The position numbers and the translations under genes were made by a program. The notes under the pieces were generated by a model. The model saw only the letters and a list, made by a program, of their open reading frames with translations. It did no database searches and was not told the origin of the DNA. Positions 54,348 to 62,741 of a stretch of 64,000 nucleotides of DNA are shown here, in pieces (position 1 is the stretch's first letter; each line of letters begins with the position of its first letter). Source of the stretch: Longimicrobiales bacterium (lineage in GTDB: Bacteria; Gemmatimonadota; Gemmatimonadetes; Longimicrobiales; Gaopeijiaceae); NCBI GenBank assembly GCA_965219445.1, contig CBDCNQ010000001.1, positions 128,001 through 192,000 on the forward strand, in the 5' to 3' direction.

Positions 54348-54490
54348 CCGTGGAACCGCCGTCTCAAACGCAGTCATACCGCCACATGGCCCGTCATCGG
54401 GACACACTTTTCTCACTCACTGGTAAAGTTTACTCAGTCAGACCGCAGCACAGTCGCCGACCAATGTCTCACTTGGTATCCAGGCATCGC

Positions 54491-56221
54491 CTAGAAATCT
54501 TGTTCCACAATGTTCGGGGTCACCAGGATCATCAGATCCCGTTGGATGTCCGACTCCTGGGTCGTGCGGAAGAGGCCCCCGAGAAGCGGCAGGTCCATCA
54601 AGAGCGGAATCCCAGACCGAACCTCGGAGCGCTCCGTCACGGTCAACCCTCCCATGACCACAGTCTCGCCGTCACGCACGAGCACCCGCGTGTCCACATT
54701 CTGTGTCCGGAAGATCAGCCCGACGTCCGTCGTCGCGAGGTCGGCCGCCGAGCGCTCGGCGTGGAGCGTCAGCAGGACGTGGTCCCCGGCCGTAATATGC
54801 GGGGTGGCCTCGAGAATGATTCCCGTTTCCTCGAAGCTTACGGTCGCCGTCGGGAATCCCTGCTCCCCACCGGCGCCTCCCGCGGCCGCATCGATGATGC
54901 GGACCGGTGTCCGCTCACCAACCTGGAGGCGCGCCAGCTGGTTGTCCGCGACCGTGACGGACGGCGCCGCCTGGATGTCTGAGAGGTTTGAAGACTCGAG
55001 GGCTGTGATGAAGTTCAACAGGGTGTGTCGACCTACGACGAGTGAGGTCAGCATACGCAACGTCGGGGCAGCGATCTGGAAATCAGCGTTCCCGAGCGCG
55101 GCAAGCGAGTTCCCGCCGAGCGAGAACACGTTCGTACCGATGGGCACATCCTCGATGATCCCATCGCCATCAAGATCCGCGGCACCGGGAGCGAGCGTGT
55201 TGAGCTGGTTCCCCTGGGAGTCCTTCAGGTCGTAGGTGACACCGAGCTCCGACAAATCCGTCCTGTTCACGAAGATGATCTTCGCGGAAATCATGATCTG
55301 CGGAGTCGGAATGTCCAGATCGCCAATGAGCTGGCTGATGGCATCGTGAACGCGCCGGATATCCGTCACGATGACCGTATTGGCCGCCTGGGCCTCGGCT
55401 ACCTGGCCGCGGGGGCTGATGAGCTGCGCGATGGCGGCGGCCATCTCCGCCGAAGTCCCGTAGCTGATACGGTACGGAATGGTCTCAAGAGGCTCGATGG
55501 CCTCCCGGTCGAACTGGTTCTGGATCGCGTCGACCCGAATAATTCCTGTCTCACTTTCGACGGCGACCAGAGCCCGGCTCTGGAGAATCTCCTCCAGGGC
55601 GTCGTCCCACGCCTGATCGCGAATGTCGGCGGTCACCACGATGCCCGCCACGTCGGTACCGGCGACGATGGATTTGTCCGAGAATTCAGCGAACGTGAAT
55701 AGCACGTCGTCGATCGGCGTGTTGTCGAACGAGACGGAGATTCGGCGATCGGTCTCCTGGACCTGCTGGATTGGCGCGGAAGCCGGGATGAACGGGGAGG
55801 CCGTCGCGATGAAGGCCGGATCGAAGGCCAAAGACGGGCTTTCCCATGGATCGAACTCTCCGGCGAGGTTGGCCAAAGAAATTCGAACCGCTCCGCCCGA
55901 TTCTTCGACGGTGTATCCCGTCATCTCCTGGAGGTCCACAACGATCCGGACGATATCGTCGGCGTACTGGCTCGTACGGACCGACAAAACACCTCCGCGG
56001 TTGATATCCAGAAAGTCTTCCTGGGCAAGCCCGTGCCTCGCATCCAACACGTCGACGATGATGCGCGCCGGCGCTTCCATGCTGAACGATCTGAAGGAGA
56101 TCGAACCATCGACCGCGACGAGAATCTCCGTCCGATCACGGTTCGGGACGACGCTTACCCCTGTCACCAACTCGGCGGCTGGCAGAAGTAGCCCAATCAA
56201 CAAAGTGAGGATCGCAGTCAT
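54491..56221 (-). CDS. pilQ: Type IV pilus secretin PilQ (with AMIN domain)
   Basis: P.RIIVD AMIN motif, WDDALEEIL, LDIPTPQIMISAKI, DGETVVMGGL, GIPLLMDLPLLGGLF, LMILVTP. Confidence 0.93.
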   Translation of the reverse strand: MTAILTLLIGLLLPAAELVTGVSVVPNRDRTEILVAVDGSISFRSFSMEAPARIIVDVLDARHGLAQEDFLDINRGGVLSVRTSQYADDIVRIVVDLQEMTGYTVEESGGAVRISLANLAGEFDPWESPSLAFDPAFIATASPFIPASAPIQQVQETDRRISVSFDNTPIDDVLFTFAEFSDKSIVAGTDVAGIVVTADIRDQAWDDALEEILQSRALVAVESETGIIRVDAIQNQFDREAIEPLETIPYRISYGTSAEMAAAIAQLISPRGQVAEAQAANTVIVTDIRRVHDAISQLIGDLDIPTPQIMISAKIIFVNRTDLSELGVTYDLKDSQGNQLNTLAPGAADLDGDGIIEDVPIGTNVFSLGGNSLAALGNADFQIAAPTLRMLTSLVVGRHTLLNFITALESSNLSDIQAAPSVTVADNQLARLQVGERTPVRIIDAAAGGAGGEQGFPTATVSFEETGIILEATPHITAGDHVLLTLHAERSAADLATTDVGLIFRTQNVDTRVLVRDGETVVMGGLTVTERSEVRSGIPLLMDLPLLGGLFRTTQESDIQRDLMILVTPNIVEQDF

Positions 56222-56767
56222 TTAGGGGCCTCCCTGGCCCGGTACTGCCCGTGGCAATAGCAAAGTTCTCGACTCGGTAAGACCGAATTCCACTAACTCG
56301 ATGGTCACTTCCTGACGGTCGATCCTACTGACTGTCAGATTTCCCAGTGTGGCTCCCTCCCTCACTCGGTAGGTGCCCCCGGTTATCTCCACCGTAACCG
56401 TCTCGGGAGTATCCCCAACCCCAGGATTGACCGTTCTCGAACCCTCACCAAAAATGGCAATGCTCTCACCGGCGAACGGTGAGTAGAGGACCCCGAGGAG
56501 CATGAGACTCTCGAAACGTGGCCCGCCGCCCTCAGCCGAAACCAGCGTCTCGAAAGGGTTTCGACGCTCATATTGAGGGTACACGAACACCTCTCGCTCG
56601 AAGGCCAAGGCCAAACTGTCTTCCGGCTGGCCTTGGGGCTGTTGAGCCGGGGTGTCCTGGCCCGCCAGGTCCGCTACACCGATGAGGCCTCGTGCCTCCG
56701 GCCCCCCCGGAACGAGCCAACCCGCGGCCAGCGTGAAGAGACACGTGTAGACGAACCTGATGCTCAT
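56222..56767 (-). CDS. PilP-like protein
   Basis: RRNPF motif, YRVREG..LG; lies between pilO and pilQ. Confidence 0.7.
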   Translation of the reverse strand: MSIRFVYTCLFTLAAGWLVPGGPEARGLIGVADLAGQDTPAQQPQGQPEDSLALAFEREVFVYPQYERRNPFETLVSAEGGGPRFESLMLLGVLYSPFAGESIAIFGEGSRTVNPGVGDTPETVTVEITGGTYRVREGATLGNLTVSRIDRQEVTIELVEFGLTESRTLLLPRAVPGQGGP

Positions 56768-57351
56768 GGGGTGGTCCCTCCCTGACGTTCCGAAACGACG
56801 TAGGTCTGGAATCGAAAATTGACGACGACCGGGGCGTCGAATGATCCCCCGCGCGGGTCCACGAACTCCTCCACGGAGACGTCCATCGGAGTGAGGATGC
56901 GCGGCAGGGACGCGATATCTGTCAGGAACCGTCCGACATCATGAAACTCCCCGAAGACCGACATCTCGAAGGTTTGCACGGTGTAAAACTCCCCAGGTTC
57001 CGGCGGATTCGTGCGCAACGTGGCCACAGTGACTCCGACCTCGCGCCCCGCAAGACTGATCTGATCCACGAGCGCGGCCACCTCCGCCTGCGCCGGGATG
57101 AGTTGCTCGAGTTGAGCGATGTGGCGTTCGTACAAAGCCATGCGCTCCTCGGTGTCCTGGCCCGCGCGGATGGCGAGCGCCTGCGCCGTGCGATTCTGGG
57201 CCTGCATATTCTCGACGCGTGCCTCTTCGGCTTCGAGCGATTCGATGGCACCGCTATACCAAAGACTGTTGGCGAAGTAGAGCACGACCAGCGAGACGGC
57301 GATTACCGCCAGGGCCTGCTGTTGTTTCGGATCGTCGGGAATCAGCGCCAT
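56764..57351 (-). CDS. pilO: Type IV pilus biogenesis protein PilO
   Basis: TM helix plus coiled coil, LIP...EV..L, GEFHDVGRFLTDIASLPRI. Confidence 0.9.
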   Translation of the reverse strand: MALIPDDPKQQQALAVIAVSLVVLYFANSLWYSGAIESLEAEEARVENMQAQNRTAQALAIRAGQDTEERMALYERHIAQLEQLIPAQAEVAALVDQISLAGREVGVTVATLRTNPPEPGEFYTVQTFEMSVFGEFHDVGRFLTDIASLPRILTPMDVSVEEFVDPRGGSFDAPVVVNFRFQTYVVSERQGGTTP

Positions 57352-57358
57352 AGGTTGC

Positions 57359-57433
57359 CTACTCGTTGACCGTCATGGGTTCTGCGAAGAGCGGGATGGT
57401 CTCGATGAGCTCCATGGGCGGCGGTGCGTACAC
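57359..57433 (-). pseudogene. Probable C-terminal remnant of pilN
   Basis: VYAPPPMELIETIPLFAEPMTVNE* ends 7 nt before pilO; in-frame TAG at 57449-51 upstream; assignment rests mainly on position. Confidence 0.6.
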
Positions 57434-57819
57434 GCAGTCCAACTGGGACTAGCGGTTACAATCGTAACCGTAAGTCATACAATAGTTTATCGTTCATGAC
57501 AGTGGTTCGTGTACCACTTCAGATATACAAATATGAGCGGGATTGCAGTGGACCGAATGGGAGGGCTGCGGACCTGCGGACGGAGTTCCGGGGCGCGAAG
57601 TGGCGGCACCCACCATCATGCGGTCCAGCCCGCCGACAGCGCCTCCGCCTGTTCGAGCGCCGCCGCGTCCTGATGGAGCACAGGAGGCACGGCACCCCTG
57701 TCGCCCGCCTTTCCCGAGGCGGACAACCGATCTGATTTGTGAGGCGTCCGGGTTCCCGCCCGGGCGCTTCGTCGTATCCGGAAGGTAGCTGAGACGGCTT
57801 CTGCGGCCAAACGGTCAGT

Positions 57820-57978
57820 CTAGTACGGCTCGTCCCATTCGGACGGATTGCGGTCTGATCTCGTTTTCTCTATATCGTCCAAGCGTTCATTCATCCCGCG
57901 CGTGCGGTCCTCGAGCTCGTCGACCTTCCAGGCCATCACGAATACCATGAAGAACAGGAATGCTATCCACCAACCCAT
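57820..57978 (-). CDS. Small single-TM protein
   Basis: MGWWIAFLFFMVFVMAWK then short coiled coil; coupled to the upstream ORF stop. Confidence 0.55.
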   Translation of the reverse strand: MGWWIAFLFFMVFVMAWKVDELEDRTRGMNERLDDIEKTRSDRNPSEWDEPY

Positions 57979-57979
57979 C

Positions 57980-58375
57980 TCACGGGTCACCTCGATCGGC
58001 AATGGTGGCGTCCCCGCAATCGTCCACAGCGGCGCAAATGTCATGAAGAGATTCGAGCACGTAGTACGTCACCAGCTCACCGCTGCCGAGGCGAACCACT
58101 ATCCGCGTTTGCGCTACCCCGAGCGAGAGACTTTGAGTTGCCTGTTCCCGTTCTCTAGGCTCACCCATGGTGACTTCCTGCCCTTCGCAACGATCGAACA
58201 GGAGTTCGCCCAGGACAATATCGGTCAGTGCGACGTTGCGTTGACCGTCGGCATTAGTCCATTCAAACCGCACGACGGTCACGACTATCCATCTGGGATC
58301 GGCGTCGCACGGGGTTTGGGCGGCGATGGGTAAGGCGAAGGAGGCGAGGGCGAGGGCGAGCAGGAGACCACGCAC
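57980..58375 (-). CDS. Secreted hypothetical protein
   Basis: Signal peptide RGLLLALALASFALPIAA-Q, four Cys, GAGG RBS. Confidence 0.65.
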   Translation of the reverse strand: MRGLLLALALASFALPIAAQTPCDADPRWIVVTVVRFEWTNADGQRNVALTDIVLGELLFDRCEGQEVTMGEPREREQATQSLSLGVAQTRIVVRLGSGELVTYYVLESLHDICAAVDDCGDATIADRGDP

Positions 58376-58511
58376 GGCAACCTCAGGCTGTTGTATTGAG
58401 CGAGCGAACCGACTTTAGGGCCTCTCGTCCTGATGGACAGGCTCATCATAGGCGGGGTGTGCGCGACGGGCAACAAGCGTTCATTTGAGGCCCGATCCGA
58501 GGCCGATCCAC

Positions 58512-58557
58512 GGCGAGGGGCTCCGCCCCTTCGATCCCGAAGGACGCCCGCGCTCCG
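58512..58557 (+). repeat. G/C-rich repeat, inverted partner at 60855-60899
   Basis: GGCGAGGGGCTCCGCCCCTTCGATCCC (26/27 match to partner) plus GCCCGCGCTCCG (12/12). Confidence 0.8.
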
Positions 58558-59051
58558 CTGCGGTGTGCGTGCTCGCCCATCCTGCGAGCCGTGTCCGGTC
58601 GCGCCCGATGGAGCTTGGCCCAGGCGGCTCCGCTCGCGCTCAATGGCGCGTGCAGGCGCGGTCCACGTTCGCCTCCGCGCCATCGTCGGTCGCCGCGACC
58701 TCGTAGGCGGCGTGCGGGCGGTCGCCATGACGGTGAGGTGGTCCTCGGGGAGCGCACCGGCGACGCGGTTCGCGACGGCGGCACCCACCGCTCGCTGCCC
58801 CGGCAGCGGCGCGGGAAGTTGGGGGTTCAAGGGGGGCGCAGCGTCCCCTTGGCCAGACCGCAATGTTTCACATACGTAGGCTGGCTTAGGCGGATTCGCA
58901 GCTCTCCCGGCACTGACGCATGGAACCGGCGCATGACGGCTCGGCTCGCCCGTGGGAGGGGGGGGCAGCCTCGGAGGCTCCGGAGCCGTTAGGGGCCTCG
59001 CGCTGACGCTCTACGCCCGTACTCATGCGCGAGGGAACCGCCCCCGCCACC

Positions 59052-59291
59052 TCACTCAACGCCTCCGCCGCCGTCTCGGTCAGCGGAGGCTTCGGTCACC
59101 GCCTCCCGGATCATGCCCTTTGTCCCCTCGCGCCAGAAACCGGCAAGCGCCAAGAGAAACGCGATCACCGCCACGACGGCCGAAACATTCATCATGCTTA
59201 CCGGACCCAGCAGCGCAAACGCCAGGGCGATAAACGCCACGAGGAAAAACCACCTCGACTTTATCGTCTGCCCCTTCTCACGCTTCTCCAT
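59052..59291 (-). CDS. Small 2-TM membrane protein
   Basis: GGAGG RBS; MEKREKGQTIKSRWFFLVAFIALAFALLG... Confidence 0.65.
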   Translation of the reverse strand: MEKREKGQTIKSRWFFLVAFIALAFALLGPVSMMNVSAVVAVIAFLLALAGFWREGTKGMIREAVTEASADRDGGGGVE

Positions 59292-59311
59292 TCCGGTCCT
59301 CCGTAGTAACT

Positions 59312-60374
59312 TGACCTGCCCCCAAGAGCGGTACCACATCCTATGTTAGTCCCAGCACCTGTGGAGGGCCGTGAGGGACGGGCATCCTCAGGAACCAGGG
59401 CGACGGCTTAATCGCCTCAGGGGCCGGGGGAAAGCCGCCGCAGGCGCTGTGGGGTCGGACGGTATTGTACTCGCGCCTCCATTGCTCGACCAGCACGGCC
59501 GCCTGCGCCAACGAGTAGAAGATCTCCCCGTTCAACAGCTCGTCCCTGAGCTTGCCGTTGAAGCTCTCGTTGTAGCCGTTCTCCCACGGGCTGCCCGGCT
59601 CGATAAAGAGCGTCTCGACGCCCACGCGCCCCAACCACCGCCGCACGAACTTCGCGGTGAACTCCGGTCCGTTGTCCGACCTCAGATACTCGGGAGGCCC
59701 GTGTCGGACGAACAGATCGGCCAGCACCTCGAGCACGTCGTGGGCTCGGATCTTGCGAGCCACCACGATCGCCGGGCACTCCCTCGTGTGCTCGTCCAGC
59801 ACTGTCAGCAGCTTCAGCGCACGCCCGTCGTGCGTCCTCGAGGCCACGAAGTCGTACGACCAGACGTGGCCCCGATACAGCGGCCTCAGCCGGATGCACG
59901 ATCCGTCGTTGAGCCACAGCCGACCTCGCTTCGGCTGCCGCTGCGGCACCTTCAGCCCCTCCTGCCTCCAGATCCGCTCCACCCGCTTGTGCTTCACCCC
60001 CCAGCCCTCGATGCGGAGCATGTCCGTGACGCGTCGGTAGCCGTAGCGGCCGAATCGACTCGCGAGTCGCACGATATCACCTCGGAGCGCCCCCTCGTCA
60101 CTCGCCACTTTCCTCGCCCGGCGCTGGGTCGTGCGTGGCTGCCCGAGCACCCGGCACGCTCTCCTCTCCGACGCCCCGAGCTGCTGACGTACACGCACCA
60201 CACAACGTCGTCGGCGCTCGGGGCTCAGAAGTTTCCCTTGGCCGCTTCCTCCAGGATCAGCTTGTCCAGTGTCAAGTCCGCCACTGCTCGCTTCAGGCGC
60301 CCGTTCTCGCGCTCAAGCTCCTTCAGGCGCCGTGCCTGGCTCACCTTCATCCCGCCGTACTCCCGCCTCCACCG
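59312..60374 (-). mobile_element. IS3-family element, 5'-truncated
   Basis: End TGACCTGCCCCC at 59312; full orfB; orfA only from RWRREYGG onward; G-GGA-AAC slippery site at 60231-60237. Confidence 0.9.
59341..60201 (-). CDS. IS3 transposase OrfB
   Basis: RYGYRR, WSYDF, LDEHTRE, RSDNGPEF, PGSPWENGYNESFNG. Confidence 0.95.
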   Translation of the reverse strand: MVRVRQQLGASERRACRVLGQPRTTQRRARKVASDEGALRGDIVRLASRFGRYGYRRVTDMLRIEGWGVKHKRVERIWRQEGLKVPQRQPKRGRLWLNDGSCIRLRPLYRGHVWSYDFVASRTHDGRALKLLTVLDEHTRECPAIVVARKIRAHDVLEVLADLFVRHGPPEYLRSDNGPEFTAKFVRRWLGRVGVETLFIEPGSPWENGYNESFNGKLRDELLNGEIFYSLAQAAVLVEQWRREYNTVRPHSACGGFPPAPEAIKPSPWFLRMPVPHGPPQVLGLT

Positions 60375-60523
60375 AGGAGGCCATCTACAACGCCATGTTC
60401 AAGGCGACGACCGTCACGAGCTCTCGGGGGACCCTCCAAGCCATCCCCCTCGAGGAAACGTTGGAGGTTCTCCGGAAGTACAACGCCCTGAACTGGGACC
60501 AGCTCCGACCGCACGGACGCTGA
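60369..60523 (+). pseudogene. C-terminal fragment of a DmpA/P1-family peptidase
   Basis: TEEAIYNAMFKATTVT...AIPLEETLEVLRKY resembles the DmpA C-terminus. Confidence 0.7.
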
Positions 60524-60534
60524 GGCTGGGCGCT

Positions 60535-60800
60535 ATGCCATCGTTAGGACCATCACACCCTCTCCAAACGAGATCTCACCTCCCGGCGCGCGACACCCTT
60601 TTCGAGCAAGGTTTCAAGGCGGAGAGGCTTCGCTATGGCCCTCTCAATAGAGACTTCGTCGATAACATCCTGCAGTTCTGTATTGACCATCGGCTGGAAC
60701 TGGCCGAGGGACGGCGCTGGATCATTGCTCGTGGTGGCCGCCCGTATCCGCTGATGAAGCTGGTGGACATGCACTTCTGGCAGAAGGCCACCGAGCGCCG
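60535..60800 (+). pseudogene. Fragment of an unknown protein
   Basis: Protein-like stretch ...DFVDNILQFC...YPLMKLVDMHFWQ flanked by low-complexity reading frame. Confidence 0.4.
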
Positions 60801-60854
60801 CCGCGAGCGCAGCCAGGGGGTTCGGGGGGTGAGCCCCCCGCCCGCGAACTCCGC

Positions 60855-60899
60855 CGGAGCGCGGGCCCTCGGGGGATCGAAGGGGCGGAGTCCCTCGCC
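60855..60899 (-). repeat. G/C-rich repeat, inverted partner of 58512-58557
   Basis: CGGAGCGCGGGC...GGGATCGAAGGGGCGGAGTCCCTCGCC. Confidence 0.8.
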
Positions 60900-60940
60900 A
60901 GCCCCTGCCGGGGACCCGCGAAGCGTGGCCCCAAAGGGTA

Positions 60941-60977
60941 GGCTGGCTCCCGGCCAATAGCGGGTCGGGAGCCAGCC
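60941..60977. repeat. 15-bp stem hairpin
   Basis: GGCTGGCTCCCGGCC-AATAGCG-GGTCGGGAGCCAGCC. Confidence 0.7.
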
Positions 60978-61363
60978 CCGCGGACGCCCTCGAAGCGGCC
61001 GCCGAAGATACCGGGCGGACGGTCCTCGAAGGCGAGGTCCGGGTCGTCGGGGATGGCCACATCGGCGGCCTGGAGGGCCGGTTCCGCCGAAACCCGGTCG
61101 GGGCGGACGGCGTATAGGTAGAGGGCCGCCTCGTCCCGAGGCCGGATCCTTCGGTCGGCGGGCTGGCGGGCCGGAGCCCGTTCGCCGAGGCCCCGGCGCT
61201 CCCGCTTACGGCCGTACTGGAGCGCGCAAACGACGCGGGGTGCCGATGCGCACTTCGGGCTTCCGGCGATGCGCACCCTACTTTCCGCCTATCCGCAGGC
61301 GCGTCATCGTCTTGCGGATCGGCGGCCCGGTCGCCCGTGGCGCACCGGCGGCTCGGGCCGTGG

Positions 61364-61466
61364 CGGGAGCGACCCCAGGAGCGACCCCCCAGTCCGAGGG
61401 CCTGGTACGGGTTCGGACGCAGGTGTGTTTTCACACCCCTGCCCCCGTCCCTTGGGGTCGCTCCCG
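61364..61466. repeat. 14-bp perfect inverted repeat enclosing two hairpins
   Basis: CGGGAGCGACCCCA / TGGGGTCGCTCCCG; second direct copy GGAGCGACCCC at 61378. Confidence 0.75.
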
Positions 61467-61471
61467 ATCCA

Positions 61472-61618
61472 TCAATCCCTCGCGGGAAGGCCCTCTGCCT
61501 GCGCCGCGTCGGGTGTGCTGAGGTACAGATAGCGCTTCGTCTCGGATTGATCCTGCGCGTGCAGAGCCGCCGCGAACGCCGGAAAAAGGAAGACTGTCAG
61601 GAGAAAGAGTTTCCGCAT
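61472..61618 (-). pseudogene. N-terminal stub of a secreted protein (possibly a YncE-like propeller)
   Basis: GGAGG RBS, signal peptide, KRYLYLSTPDAAQAEG, then stop after only 48 codons. Confidence 0.6.
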
Positions 61619-61784
61619 GAGATGGCCTCCTGATGAAGCGTTTGAGAACTCACCATGGACGCTGACGAGCGGGCTGGCAAGCATCAGCCGGTGCAAGGGA
61701 TAGCGCGAGAGGCTTTTTCAAGAGATCATGAGGTCCATCTATCCGAACTCGTATACCCTGCACCCACAGCCCGGGCGAACCGAT

Positions 61785-61913
61785 GCCCACTACGATGGCC
61801 AGCCGGTGGACCCGACCAACTGGACCCATCCCCCTTTCGAACCGACGTTCTATACGGCGGCGATGGAGGCCGGAGGGGAGCCGCGGATGTTTCCCGAGGA
61901 AGGGGAGGCGGTC
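61785..61913 (+). pseudogene. Internal fragment of an M20/M25/M40 metallopeptidase
   Basis: AHYDGQPVDPTNWTHPPFEP is the M20 first metal-ligand region; flanks are unrelated. Confidence 0.75.
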
Positions 61914-61994
61914 CGGTGTCCCGTTAAGGAGCTCCACATGAATCGCCCCCTCGCCATGTCTGACGGCGTCACCCTACCGGCTGGTTCGACCTGA

Positions 61995-62741
61995 ATGGAA
62001 GGCCACGCCTATCCGTTGGAGCCCTCAACGGACCAGATGCGGGTGATGGTCGATAAGGCAGCCGAGCGGGTGATCGATCACATCGCTTCGCTACCGCGTC
62101 AACCGGCCTCCTACGACGAACACGAGGCCGATGCACATGCCAGGGCGGCCGCACTTGCCGAGTCCCTCCCGGAGCGGGGCACCGACCTCGATGGGCTCTT
62201 GGACCTCCTGTTCCGGGAGGCGGTCCCGCTCTCCTACAACACGGCTGCACCGGGTTATCTCGCGTACATCCCCGGGGGTGGCGTCTTCCCGTCCGCGGTC
62301 GCCGACTTCATCGCGAACGCCGTGAATCGATACGTCGGGGTGTGGATTGCCGCACCGGGACTCGTGCAGCTCGAGCTGAACGTCGTTCGGTGGTTCTGTG
62401 AGATCATCGGCTATCCACCCAGCTCTGGTGGCATCCTCACCAGCGGCGGGTCCTTGGCGAACTTCACCGCGATGGTAACCGGGCGGAGGGAACGCCTTCC
62501 CGATGACTTCCTGGCCGGGACGATCTACACCTCGGACCAAACCCATCATTCCGTTCGGAAGGCGGTGATCCTGGCGGGTTTTCGGGAGGAGAACGTTCGC
62601 GAGATCGCCACGAACGAGGACTATGAGATACGCCTCGACGACTTGCGGCGGCGCATCGCCGAAGACCGGGAAGGCGGACTGCGACCCTTCATGCTCGTGA
62701 CCAGCGCGGGCACCACGAACACGGGGGCCGTCGACGATCTA
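61995..62741 (+). pseudogene. Group II PLP-dependent (aromatic amino acid-like) decarboxylase, 5' part (IS-interrupted)
   Basis: PGYLAYIPGGG, GILTSGGSLANFTA, SDQTHHSVRKA, SAGTTNTGAVDD. Confidence 0.9.

Noticed and set aside
34050..57452. CTAG at many junctions as IS630 excision footprints
   Set aside because: Most are ordinary TAG stops, and CTAG also ends core genes in this window; enrichment cannot be shown by eye
59371..60960. 529-aa plus-strand ORF
   Set aside because: Mostly the antisense shadow of IS3 orfB running through several fragment junctions; only about 60535-60800 looks protein-like
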